A stretch of DNA of 64,000 nucleotides, from the UHGV virus genome UHGV-0253196; one strand, written 5' to 3'. Positions 19,901 to 26,599 of this stretch are shown here, piece by piece. This DNA comes from a virus. Below the pieces are notes generated by a model. The model made no database searches. It saw nothing but the letters and a program-made list of their open reading frames with translations, and had not been told where the DNA came from. The first letter of the stretch is position 1, and every line of letters begins with the position of its first letter. A program made the translations under genes and the position numbers.

Positions 19901-20959
19901 GCATTGCAAGTTAAAATCACTAAAGCAGATGGCACCAAGTCATATACCTCAGAGGGACACAGTGTTGTAGTGGAAGACGATATTAAGTCTGCTATCGTTG
20001 AATTAGTAACTAATAATACCGGGTCAGACTTAGAAGCACCTAAAACGGCTACTTTCACTGATGTAATGTTGAACTTTGGTAACAGAGCATACCCATGGAG
20101 ACCTTATGACCCGTCCACTGCAATAATACCAAAACCGGAATCAGTGAGTGATTATATCCAGCGGGCAATGATTAATTTAACAGCACCTTTAAGAAGTTGT
20201 GGACTAATCAATCCTGTACGTGATAGAATTGTAAGGACAGGTACTAAAGACGCGTACAAGTGGAAAGTGCATAGACGTGTAGGTGTTCAAGTATTAAATG
20301 GTACTGAGAGTTGGGAAGTGTCTTTCGTGCAAGGTAGTTATATCCGTTTCGCGTTGATTAACAATGACCTGTACGATATTGCGGGGCCAAGAATGTGTGA
20401 TGGTCTTCCTTATGAATCAGTGTATGACAACACTATGACACATGAGTGTGTACACAGCAGTTTAGAGGACGGTCGGATAGGAATAACAGTCCTTTTAAGC
20501 AGATTAGCAACGTCTGATGTAGCCGGGTTTAAATCGTGGCTGACAAGTAATAATCTGACCGTGTTATATGGTAAAGCACAGATTGACTATGAAGACCTGG
20601 ACGCAACGTCACAAAGACAACTGAGTGCGATAGAAGCATATAACAGTGAACACACAACCTATATGTATACCATGGATAGTGTGAATCCGGAACTGCTTGT
20701 AGAATACACAGGTTTTGGACGTTATCTGTTTATTGCAATGTTAGCGGCGGATATAGAGCAGTTAAGGAATATGGACAATAGTGTTAAACTCGTAGAGAGG
20801 TTCTTAACACAGTTCGTACCGTACTATATAACACCTGTAGTAAGTGGTGAAGTTGCACAGCAAGAAATAACAGGTACACACCATATGGGTGTTATTGTCA
20901 CTGAATCAAAGATATACACACTTGTACAGTACAGGTCAGATAACCTAACACCACAGTAA
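16925..20959 (+). CDS. gpI-like baseplate protein fused to large tail fibre / receptor-binding region
   Basis: 1344 aa. N-terminus (LPTQWRLLDQEEGLPLYNYLKVI) resembles P2 gpI-type baseplate proteins. The rest is beta-rich with internal domain repeats (NNGDGSF/NNGDGTF). Confidence 0.5.
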   Translation: MLKLSRIKADEYLEYLYGRLPTQWRLLDQEEGLPLYNYLKVIVYGGLEKNIDLANKFTELTDPVRCPSPFFPTLYESIGLKYDWGISEVYQRRVFQNIGELMRRRGSYNSIRYLIRVLTGMECNLDYQRNPVKNYENTDLVAFQGYNKGDITVLEMKGETTQDTTEGYNVLDIVGKTATSGDCRVKVYDNGVMQVTGTLLSDSSDMYISNNYTAEEKKKLKPGIYTLIGGNKVYPTPFFKFSNGEGFIEIKNNTNTTMDVTQRMLDADYNVVSGVWGRRGVKVVPGLCRPYVVCDSDNPNIFDHWALKIYDKATYTIQNNYGFTVVGNPVSFDMVPTKRFSEYAGKTLYISGEIVSETTTAGVHTEVSINHYDGTAWQGSSIKLGVGKFRNVAYTVPMTAEGSYTRLIFRPRNGTMVLNNIRVTEKPYVDDNKVSTGVQLINSDMLPSVNNNGVTINNNGDGSFTVKGTATGYITSIYNLSLSPGTYCVSGRKNNTQFFIRVSKDGQNYVNYTNSFEIKGDEAWVKAFIQVDNGKTANDTIWPMLNTGSVAKPWEPFTHGIPVKGHVTPTEPFEPYSKGAPSPSIEFRQPFHNVGDPVNLIKLRLSSKSLNGISYTNNGDGTFSIVGTNTLAAENTTFRIDQTDGNTSDITTYEPGYYSMHFEVLEGDNTSEEIGLALYSPGMNKTYVSEATTPMYVRETIKDGTIVLIVKGGKTVNSRIRVQLQKGCFCTDWKPYSEGGVYEFITSKGRRNLLSHTNMGYYGFYATQYSRLERVQTPTDKNAVKAICTKAGQNYGIRNRVPDFKANTIKPNTIYQVSFDYYLSTNNNVELRCDLQRDKDWVKVVEFNAKATEVQKWNSVEFNAKATDFLQINTDLILTLYVSSGSNAVGDYITIQNLQLHETDLPNEWVPALEDHTAGTPNNDDVQLFDASQLRPLHTDKTTVTVASNVITITTTEAWGGAKYEITELVRGREVFISGVKKSVTPGSTGETALQVKITKADGTKSYTSEGHSVVVEDDIKSAIVELVTNNTGSDLEAPKTATFTDVMLNFGNRAYPWRPYDPSTAIIPKPESVSDYIQRAMINLTAPLRSCGLINPVRDRIVRTGTKDAYKWKVHRRVGVQVLNGTESWEVSFVQGSYIRFALINNDLYDIAGPRMCDGLPYESVYDNTMTHECVHSSLEDGRIGITVLLSRLATSDVAGFKSWLTSNNLTVLYGKAQIDYEDLDATSQRQLSAIEAYNSEHTTYMYTMDSVNPELLVEYTGFGRYLFIAMLAADIEQLRNMDNSVKLVERFLTQFVPYYITPVVSGEVAQQEITGTHHMGVIVTESKIYTLVQYRSDNLTPQ
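19456..19527 (+). repeat. in-frame 27-bp tandem duplication (TGTAGAATTTAATGCTAAGGCTACAGA x2, 45 bp apart) inside the fibre gene
   Basis: Direct repeat read in the sequence. It encodes VEFNAKAT twice. Confidence 0.7.
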
Positions 20960-20978
20960 AGAAAGGAGCGGTAAAGAA

Positions 20979-21914
20979 ATGGCAACATGGAGAACAGACT
21001 GTACGTTCATTACTAATGAAGGGTTAGCTTTAATAGCAAAACTCGCGTTAGGTGACAAGCAGTTAGAATTAACAAGGTCTGCCTTTGGTAGTGGTAGAGT
21101 ACCAGAAGCTATGCTGGCAAGACAGACAGCCTTAACAGACGAGGTGAAAAACCTCGTCTTCACTGATAAGAGAGTGGTAGATAACAGCACCGTGATACAG
21201 ACACAGATAACCAATGAAGGTGTTACCGCACAGACAAACATCAACCAGTTAGGGTATTTTGCAAATGACCCGGATAAAGGTGAGATACTCTATCTGATAA
21301 CACAGTGTGACCAGGACACAGCAGATAAGTTACCAGCGTATGCAGATACTCCTACGGTGCTGTCCTACAGCATACAGTTATTCCACGAAAATGGTGTGCA
21401 GATAAATGCTACTGTAGACCTTGCCGGGTATGTAAATAATATGCGGTTTAATGAGTATAAAGCCGAGGTAACAGAGACACTTAATAACTACGTGTTGAAG
21501 ACCGGGACGCTTAACCTTAACACCGTGGAGTTTAGTATGGCTTCAAGTAAGGTTCTGCCCGTATCCGCAGAAACGTTACCAAATATTATCGGTAAGATAA
21601 CAAAATACCTCCATGATTGGGAGCGGTCATATTTAATGACCCTACCAGCCTCTGGCTGGGCCGGTTCCGCTGATTCCGGGTGGACACAGCGGATAAGGGT
21701 AAGTGGTATAGATAACACCACAGATGAATATAAATTCTACAGGACAATACCAGATGACGTGAACACACCGGCACTTGCAAAGACCTATAAGAAGTCTGCC
21801 GGGTTTGTTGATGAAATGTACCCTGTGAACGTGAGTGGCACAGTGTATGTAGAAGCAAAGTGTTGGAACAAAGTTCCTACAGTAAACCTTGTGTTTACAC
21901 TAGAAGGGAGGTAA
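20979..21914 (+). CDS. tail fibre / baseplate-associated protein
   Basis: GAAAGGAG RBS. 311 aa located in the fibre block. Confidence 0.45.
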   Translation: MATWRTDCTFITNEGLALIAKLALGDKQLELTRSAFGSGRVPEAMLARQTALTDEVKNLVFTDKRVVDNSTVIQTQITNEGVTAQTNINQLGYFANDPDKGEILYLITQCDQDTADKLPAYADTPTVLSYSIQLFHENGVQINATVDLAGYVNNMRFNEYKAEVTETLNNYVLKTGTLNLNTVEFSMASSKVLPVSAETLPNIIGKITKYLHDWERSYLMTLPASGWAGSADSGWTQRIRVSGIDNTTDEYKFYRTIPDDVNTPALAKTYKKSAGFVDEMYPVNVSGTVYVEAKCWNKVPTVNLVFTLEGR

Positions 21915-21919
21915 TCATT

Positions 21920-23053
21920 ATGAAGTATATAAATGCGTCTGGCGGTGGTGGAGGTGGTACTGGTTCTGATGATGTGACAGCACTCAACAAACACGTACTG
22001 GAACCGTACACAGCAGTAACAAAAGAGAGTGATGATGACCCCGCAAAAGGAACTATGAAGAATTTAGTAGACCGGGCCACAATAACGCACACATCAGATA
22101 ATGCAACAAAGGTGTTGTTAGCAGATGAAGCCTATATAGCAGAAAACTCAGATGGTGTTAGACGTGTTGAGTTACGTTACAACGGTGATGAAGGTTTTAT
22201 AAAGCCTAACACATTAGTTGCATACCCAGAATCACAAGCAGGAGCAAAGTTTGGTATTACAGCAGACAAGATAGCAAACGGTCAAGTAGTGTTGGGAATG
22301 ACCGGGACGTATAAAGGTTTAGGTAATGCTACAGCCGCACAAGTCCTTAGTGGTTATTCGTTTTCTTCTGCCGCTTTAAGTAATGCCTCTGGTTCTATGC
22401 CAGATAGAGGTGCATGGGGTGCGACACTTGCAATCAACGGCAGTGTTACAATACCTGCCGGGTATCACAATGGTTCTGGACGAATAACACAAAGTATTGC
22501 CACAAAAGGAGCAACCACTATAACACCCATGTCTGCACAGCAGACAGCCGTAAGTGCTGGCACCTATTGTAGTGGCAATATAATCGTTGCTGGGAACGGC
22601 AACTTTGTAGCAGGAAACATTAAAAAGGGAGTAAACATCTGGGGTGTGGTAGGAACTTTTGAAGGTTGGGTACCTACACCACAGGACTGGTATTACAACG
22701 GTGTAAACACCTATGGAGTAGGATGTAATAATGCATACTTCCGATTTGAGAATACCCGCATATACTGTTTTTCTACTTCGTCTTCTAGGGTAAATAGTAT
22801 CCAATTCAGAAGAGCCTACAACGTACAATCGTATTCAAGACTTAATTTTAATGGACATTTTATAAGTAACGCGGTGACTATTAAAGTAGACTTAGGAGGA
22901 AGTAATATAAGCACCACAGTTACTAATGTACCAAATGGAGCGGGTTCTTTTAGTATTGATATATCACAGATATCCTCTTTTTCTGGTTCAGAAGTCCTAT
23001 GGATACGTGACCTTAAAGAAGGTCTGTTCTTTAATAGAATATCACTATCTTAG
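21920..23053 (+). CDS. tail fibre protein with poly-Gly N-terminus (XkdV-like position)
   Basis: GGGAGG RBS before ATG 21920. GGGGGGTGS run followed by a beta-rich domain. Confidence 0.45.
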   Translation: MKYINASGGGGGGTGSDDVTALNKHVLEPYTAVTKESDDDPAKGTMKNLVDRATITHTSDNATKVLLADEAYIAENSDGVRRVELRYNGDEGFIKPNTLVAYPESQAGAKFGITADKIANGQVVLGMTGTYKGLGNATAAQVLSGYSFSSAALSNASGSMPDRGAWGATLAINGSVTIPAGYHNGSGRITQSIATKGATTITPMSAQQTAVSAGTYCSGNIIVAGNGNFVAGNIKKGVNIWGVVGTFEGWVPTPQDWYYNGVNTYGVGCNNAYFRFENTRIYCFSTSSSRVNSIQFRRAYNVQSYSRLNFNGHFISNAVTIKVDLGGSNISTTVTNVPNGAGSFSIDISQISSFSGSEVLWIRDLKEGLFFNRISLS

Positions 23054-23092
23054 ACCTTTGCTTTTGAAGGTTGTGGTATCCATTACGTAAGT

Positions 23093-23154
23093 GTTTATTA
23101 ATTAATCTCCATCTGTGTTGGTATCTACCATGCAAGTGGAGATTAATTAATAAA
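23093..23154 (+). terminator. long perfect inverted repeat (19-bp arms), bidirectional terminator
   Basis: GTTTATTAATTAATCTCCA ... TGGAGATTAATTAATAAAC with a 24-nt loop, lying between convergent genes. Confidence 0.7.
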
Positions 23155-23191
23155 CGTCCATATTTTAATAACACACCCCAAAAGTTATAGG

Positions 23192-23569
23192 CTATTCTAC
23201 ATAGATGTGGTAAATCATTAGTTGGTTATTTGGGACATACCAATTTGAGACAATTAACTCAAAAATTGAGGTTTGATGAAATGCGGATATATCTGTAATT
23301 ATAAAGGTATCATCTTTATTGATAACGAAGTTATTGTAGTTTGCTATCTCTACACCATTAAGTTTTTCAATAAATTTAAATTTACCGATTGTGTCGGCGG
23401 ACGTACATCTTGTCCTTATACAAAGTTTATTAAATGGAGAAAAATTAAATGCAGAACTTGCAGTTAATTTTACACTCGTTTTATACGGAATATTTAGTAG
23501 GATACACCCACTCTCAAATGTCACATCTTGTCCGCTAGTTACGTGTAGACCTACTACGTTATTACCCAT
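23192..23569 (-). CDS. hypothetical protein (AT-rich moron, only minus-strand gene)
   Basis: 125-aa ORF, convergent with the fibre operon and ending at the bidirectional hairpin. The region is about 10% lower in GC than its surroundings. RBS is weak. Confidence 0.35.
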   Translation of the reverse strand: MGNNVVGLHVTSGQDVTFESGCILLNIPYKTSVKLTASSAFNFSPFNKLCIRTRCTSADTIGKFKFIEKLNGVEIANYNNFVINKDDTFIITDISAFHQTSIFELIVSNWYVPNNQLMIYHIYVE

Positions 23570-23639
23570 CTTGTATAAGTCCCAAGAGCTAGGTACCCAA
23601 CCTTCAAAAGTTCCTGTAATAGGAACTAGAAATGTGACT

Positions 23640-23656
23640 TAGAGTGTGGTATAATG
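23640..23656 (+). promoter_or_regulatory. extended -10 promoter (TGgTATAAT)
   Basis: TGTGGTATAAT sits 30 nt upstream of the GAAAGGAGG RBS of the next gene. Confidence 0.4.
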
Positions 23657-23685
23657 AAAGACATATGAGAAAGGAGGTTACAGCC

Positions 23686-24099
23686 ATGGACGGTGACGAT
23701 ATCGTAAAAGTAGTAGAAGGTGAGCCGATAGTGACAGACCCCTTAGACATATGGGTGTTAGACGACCCCGCCAGAAACGGTCACGGTGAAATAGTGTGTT
23801 TAAGAGAAAATTCCACAGGTGATGATTCCTTGACACACTACGTCATAGACCAGTCGCAAATGTTTGCGGGAAAGTGTGATGATTATATCTTAGGTTACTG
23901 TTACGAAGTGACGAAAGACAAAGACGGGAAAGTGTTACAGACCAGTGTGTATCCCTACAAAGACTGGGAGACACTGAACACTATTCAGAGACTTTGGGAA
24001 GAATCACAGCGCAACAAAAGAAATCTGGATATGACAAGTGAAACACTCGTTGACCTTGACTACAGACAGACAATGATGGAGTTAGGTCTTACACCATAA
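23686..24099 (+). CDS. hypothetical protein (XkdW-like position)
   Basis: GAAAGGAGGT RBS. 137 aa. Confidence 0.45.
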   Translation: MDGDDIVKVVEGEPIVTDPLDIWVLDDPARNGHGEIVCLRENSTGDDSLTHYVIDQSQMFAGKCDDYILGYCYEVTKDKDGKVLQTSVYPYKDWETLNTIQRLWEESQRNKRNLDMTSETLVDLDYRQTMMELGLTP

Positions 24100-24120
24100 T
24101 ATGAGGAAGGAGGTCTAAAA

Positions 24121-24306
24121 ATGCCGAGTGAAGTTACCTACAAGAATTGCAAGACATTGTATATCTTGCGCAAGGAGAGTGGAGGTCTTACTGCTCAGTT
24201 TGTGGAACAGCAGAGCAATATCCTTGACACATTTTTAATGGCAGGACGTATCACTGAAGAACAGTACACAGAACTGAACGGTATTCTCGCAAATACAGCA
24301 CAGTAA
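24121..24306 (+). CDS. XkdX-like small protein
   Basis: GGAGGT RBS. 61 aa. C-terminal GRITEEQYTELNGI matches the ITxEEYxxITG signature of PBSX XkdX-like proteins (recalled from memory). Confidence 0.5.
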   Translation: MPSEVTYKNCKTLYILRKESGGLTAQFVEQQSNILDTFLMAGRITEEQYTELNGILANTAQ

Positions 24307-24324
24307 AGACAGGAGGAAGGAACA

Positions 24325-24558
24325 ATGAAGTTAAGACCAAATATCAACAAAGGCTATGTCAATGCGGGGCCTGGAACACCAGATAAGAAACCTGGAACTG
24401 GTGTTGATGTGAAATCAACTCACGTTGCAAAAGACCCTTACACTGGTAGTAAGAATCCCGGTAAGGGAAAAGACGAACCGAACCATATTGAAGCTGGCCC
24501 TGGGGACGAACAGAAAAGACCCGGCACAGGCAAACCGAAAAAGCCCGTAAAGAAATAA
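24325..24558 (+). CDS. Gly/Pro/Lys-rich disordered protein
   Basis: AGGAGGAAGG RBS. 77 aa with repeated PGTG and KPG motifs. Confidence 0.4.
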   Translation: MKLRPNINKGYVNAGPGTPDKKPGTGVDVKSTHVAKDPYTGSKNPGKGKDEPNHIEAGPGDEQKRPGTGKPKKPVKK

Positions 24559-24626
24559 AAGACGGTCTTATACAAAAGACAAAGACGTGGAGGACACGTA
24601 AACCAGTATAAAGCGAGGTGATAAAG

Positions 24627-24983
24627 TTGATACAAATGGAAACGTTAATCACAATTATTTCCTTGATTGTAGCTGGTGTGTCTTGTATAGGCGGCCTTTA
24701 CTTTAATACTCGTAATTCCAGCAAAGCTGATACAGACCGGGTGATTGAAGAAGCAAAAAAGGACGCTAAGTTGGAAGTAAAAATGGAGGAAGTTGTAAGG
24801 AGCAATGCTCAGTTGTCCACTGACGTTAAATCGTTACTGTCTGAATTTCAGAAGACCAGCGAAAGAATGGCATTAAACGAATCGTCTATGAGGTCTTTAC
24901 ACAAGCGCGTTGATTACCTTTTCGATAAGATGGGTATTGACCGCCGAATAACAGACACGGTGCCGGACAATAAGACAGTTTAG
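24627..24983 (+). CDS. XhlA-like membrane-anchored coiled-coil protein (lysis accessory)
   Basis: GAGGTG RBS. N-terminal transmembrane segment followed by a coiled coil, placed directly before the holin as in xhlA-xhlB. Confidence 0.45.
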   Translation: MIQMETLITIISLIVAGVSCIGGLYFNTRNSSKADTDRVIEEAKKDAKLEVKMEEVVRSNAQLSTDVKSLLSEFQKTSERMALNESSMRSLHKRVDYLFDKMGIDRRITDTVPDNKTV

Positions 24984-24998
24984 GAGGTGTAAAGTAAA

Positions 24999-25274
24999 AT
25001 GCAGACGCAGGATTTAGGACAATTCATTGTCGAGAATAAGCAGATTATCGTTCCTGTAGTGTACGTGTTAGGTATGTTCCTTAAGAAAACACCGAAAGTC
25101 CTTGATTGGATTATTCCGTGGATTCTTTTAGCAGTGTGCATTGCGCTGTCTATCGGAATTGACCTGTATACACCAGAACCGATTAATTTTGCGGTAGCAA
25201 TCATGCAGGGTATTCTCTGTGCGGGTGAAGCTGTCCTGGTTAATCAGTTAATCAAGCAGACGAAAAACAAATAA
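24999..25274 (+). CDS. holin (XhlB / phage_holin_4-like, two transmembrane segments)
   Basis: AGGAGGTG RBS. 91 aa, two hydrophobic helices, charged C-terminus, upstream of the endolysin. Confidence 0.6.
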   Translation: MQTQDLGQFIVENKQIIVPVVYVLGMFLKKTPKVLDWIIPWILLAVCIALSIGIDLYTPEPINFAVAIMQGILCAGEAVLVNQLIKQTKNK

Positions 25275-25294
25275 GCCGAAAGACCTGTACAGAA

Positions 25295-25480
25295 ATGTAT
25301 GGGTCTTTTATGTTATGGGTGTTGTTTATGAAAATTGTATGTAACAAGAACTGTAGAAAGTGCGGAAAATTAAACGCAAAGACAGACGATAAAGGTTATC
25401 CATGGGCGTGGGAGTGCTTGAAATTTAATGAGCGCATACCACAGGAGAGATTAGAACGTTCAAAGACATTTGTAAGATAA
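25295..25480 (+). CDS. small zinc-ribbon-like protein (start uncertain, maybe ATG ~25328)
   Basis: CNKNCRKCGK...C motif. Lies between holin and endolysin. A hairpin (AAGACC...GGTCTT) precedes it. Confidence 0.25.
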   Translation: MYGSFMLWVLFMKIVCNKNCRKCGKLNAKTDDKGYPWAWECLKFNERIPQERLERSKTFVR

Positions 25481-25494
25481 GGAGAGTGTGTTTA

Positions 25495-26394
25495 ATGGCG
25501 ATTTATGTATCTAAGGCACCGTTAGCCTATCCAATCATTCAGAAGGTCACAGACGAGCATTTTAAGTGGCTGGATTATTGCGAGAAAGACTACCAGAAAT
25601 ATTTAGGAACCTATGATAACCCAGAAGATTATCAGCAACACGCCGGGGACGGCAATATGACCGTGTTTGCTAAACTGTACAAAGAGAAGACAGGTATTGA
25701 TGTACAGGGACAGCCATGGTGTGACAGTTATCAAGACACTGTACTGATTCATCTGTTTGGTGTTGATAAAGCAAAGCAGTTATTAGGTGGTTTTAGTGCT
25801 TATACACCTACCAGTGCGAATTTTTTTAAACAGATGGGAAGATGGTTCAAAGACCCTAATGTCGGTGTACAGGTTTTCTTTAAGAACAGTACACGTATAT
25901 ACCATGTAGGATATGTGTACGATTGGGACGAAAAATATATTTACACCATTGAAGGTAACACGTCTTCTGCACCGGGAGTTATTGCAAATGGCGGGTGTGT
26001 TGCTAAAAAGAAGTATTTAAGAACAGACCCCAAAATTGCAGGTTACGGATTCCCAGACTATTCTATTGTGAATGTGTTTGAAGAAGGTTGGGTACGTGCC
26101 GCAGACGGTGTACGCTGGTGGTATCAGACCAGAGAGGGCAAATATCCTGCAAACGTGTGGTGTATTATCAATCACCACTGGTATCTGTTTGACAAAGAAG
26201 GTTATATGCTCACTAACTGGCACACATGGGACGGGAAGAATTGTGATGTACCGGGTGATGAAAACTGGTACTTCCTTGAAACTTCCACTAAACACAACCT
26301 TGAAGGTGCTATGTACGGTCAAAGACCAGATAGCGCAGTTGGTCTTTTATCCCCGCTTTACGTTAGTGACAGTAACTTGATTCCTGTCCCTTAG
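25495..26394 (+). CDS. endolysin: N-terminal Cys/His peptidoglycan hydrolase (Amidase_5/CHAP-like) + C-terminal aromatic cell-wall-binding repeats
   Basis: AAGGAG RBS. QPWCDSY...IYHVGYVY catalytic-like motifs. C-terminal repeats WYLFDKEGYMLTNW / NWYFLE resemble choline-binding-type CW_binding_1 repeats. Confidence 0.7.
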   Translation: MAIYVSKAPLAYPIIQKVTDEHFKWLDYCEKDYQKYLGTYDNPEDYQQHAGDGNMTVFAKLYKEKTGIDVQGQPWCDSYQDTVLIHLFGVDKAKQLLGGFSAYTPTSANFFKQMGRWFKDPNVGVQVFFKNSTRIYHVGYVYDWDEKYIYTIEGNTSSAPGVIANGGCVAKKKYLRTDPKIAGYGFPDYSIVNVFEEGWVRAADGVRWWYQTREGKYPANVWCIINHHWYLFDKEGYMLTNWHTWDGKNCDVPGDENWYFLETSTKHNLEGAMYGQRPDSAVGLLSPLYVSDSNLIPVP

Positions 26395-26513
26395 AAATAC
26401 CCGCTGTGCGCGGGCGTGAGGCATAATTTATATAAATATATTTAATACACATAATTAAATGTTTTATATATATATATATTTATTCTTTTCTTTGTAACAC
26501 TTTCTTTTCTTAA

Positions 26514-26540
26514 GCCCGGTCTAACCCACCGGGTTTTTGT
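26514..26540 (+). terminator. rho-independent terminator ending the late/lysis operon
   Basis: CCCGGT-ctaaccc-ACCGGG followed by TTTTT, preceded by an (AT)n tract. Confidence 0.65.
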
Positions 26541-26570
26541 TTGCAATAAAATTGATTCAGTGTTACACTA
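26541..26570 (+). promoter_or_regulatory. putative sigma-A-type promoter (TTGCAA-18-TACACT)
   Basis: Hexamers read in the sequence about 30 nt upstream of the helicase start. Confidence 0.35.
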
Positions 26571-26599
26571 TATCCAAAACTAAAACGAGAGGTGACGAA

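Noticed and set aside
23273-23642. Plus-strand ORFs 23273-23467 and 23391-23642 in the moron
   Set aside because: No RBS, mutually overlapping, and antisense to the longer minus-strand ORF. Likely spurious.
26396-26420. Hairpin CCCGC-tgtgc-GCGGG immediately after the endolysin stop as a terminator
   Set aside because: Short GC stem not followed by a U-tract. The convincing terminator is the downstream CCCGGT/ACCGGG + T5 at 26514-26540.
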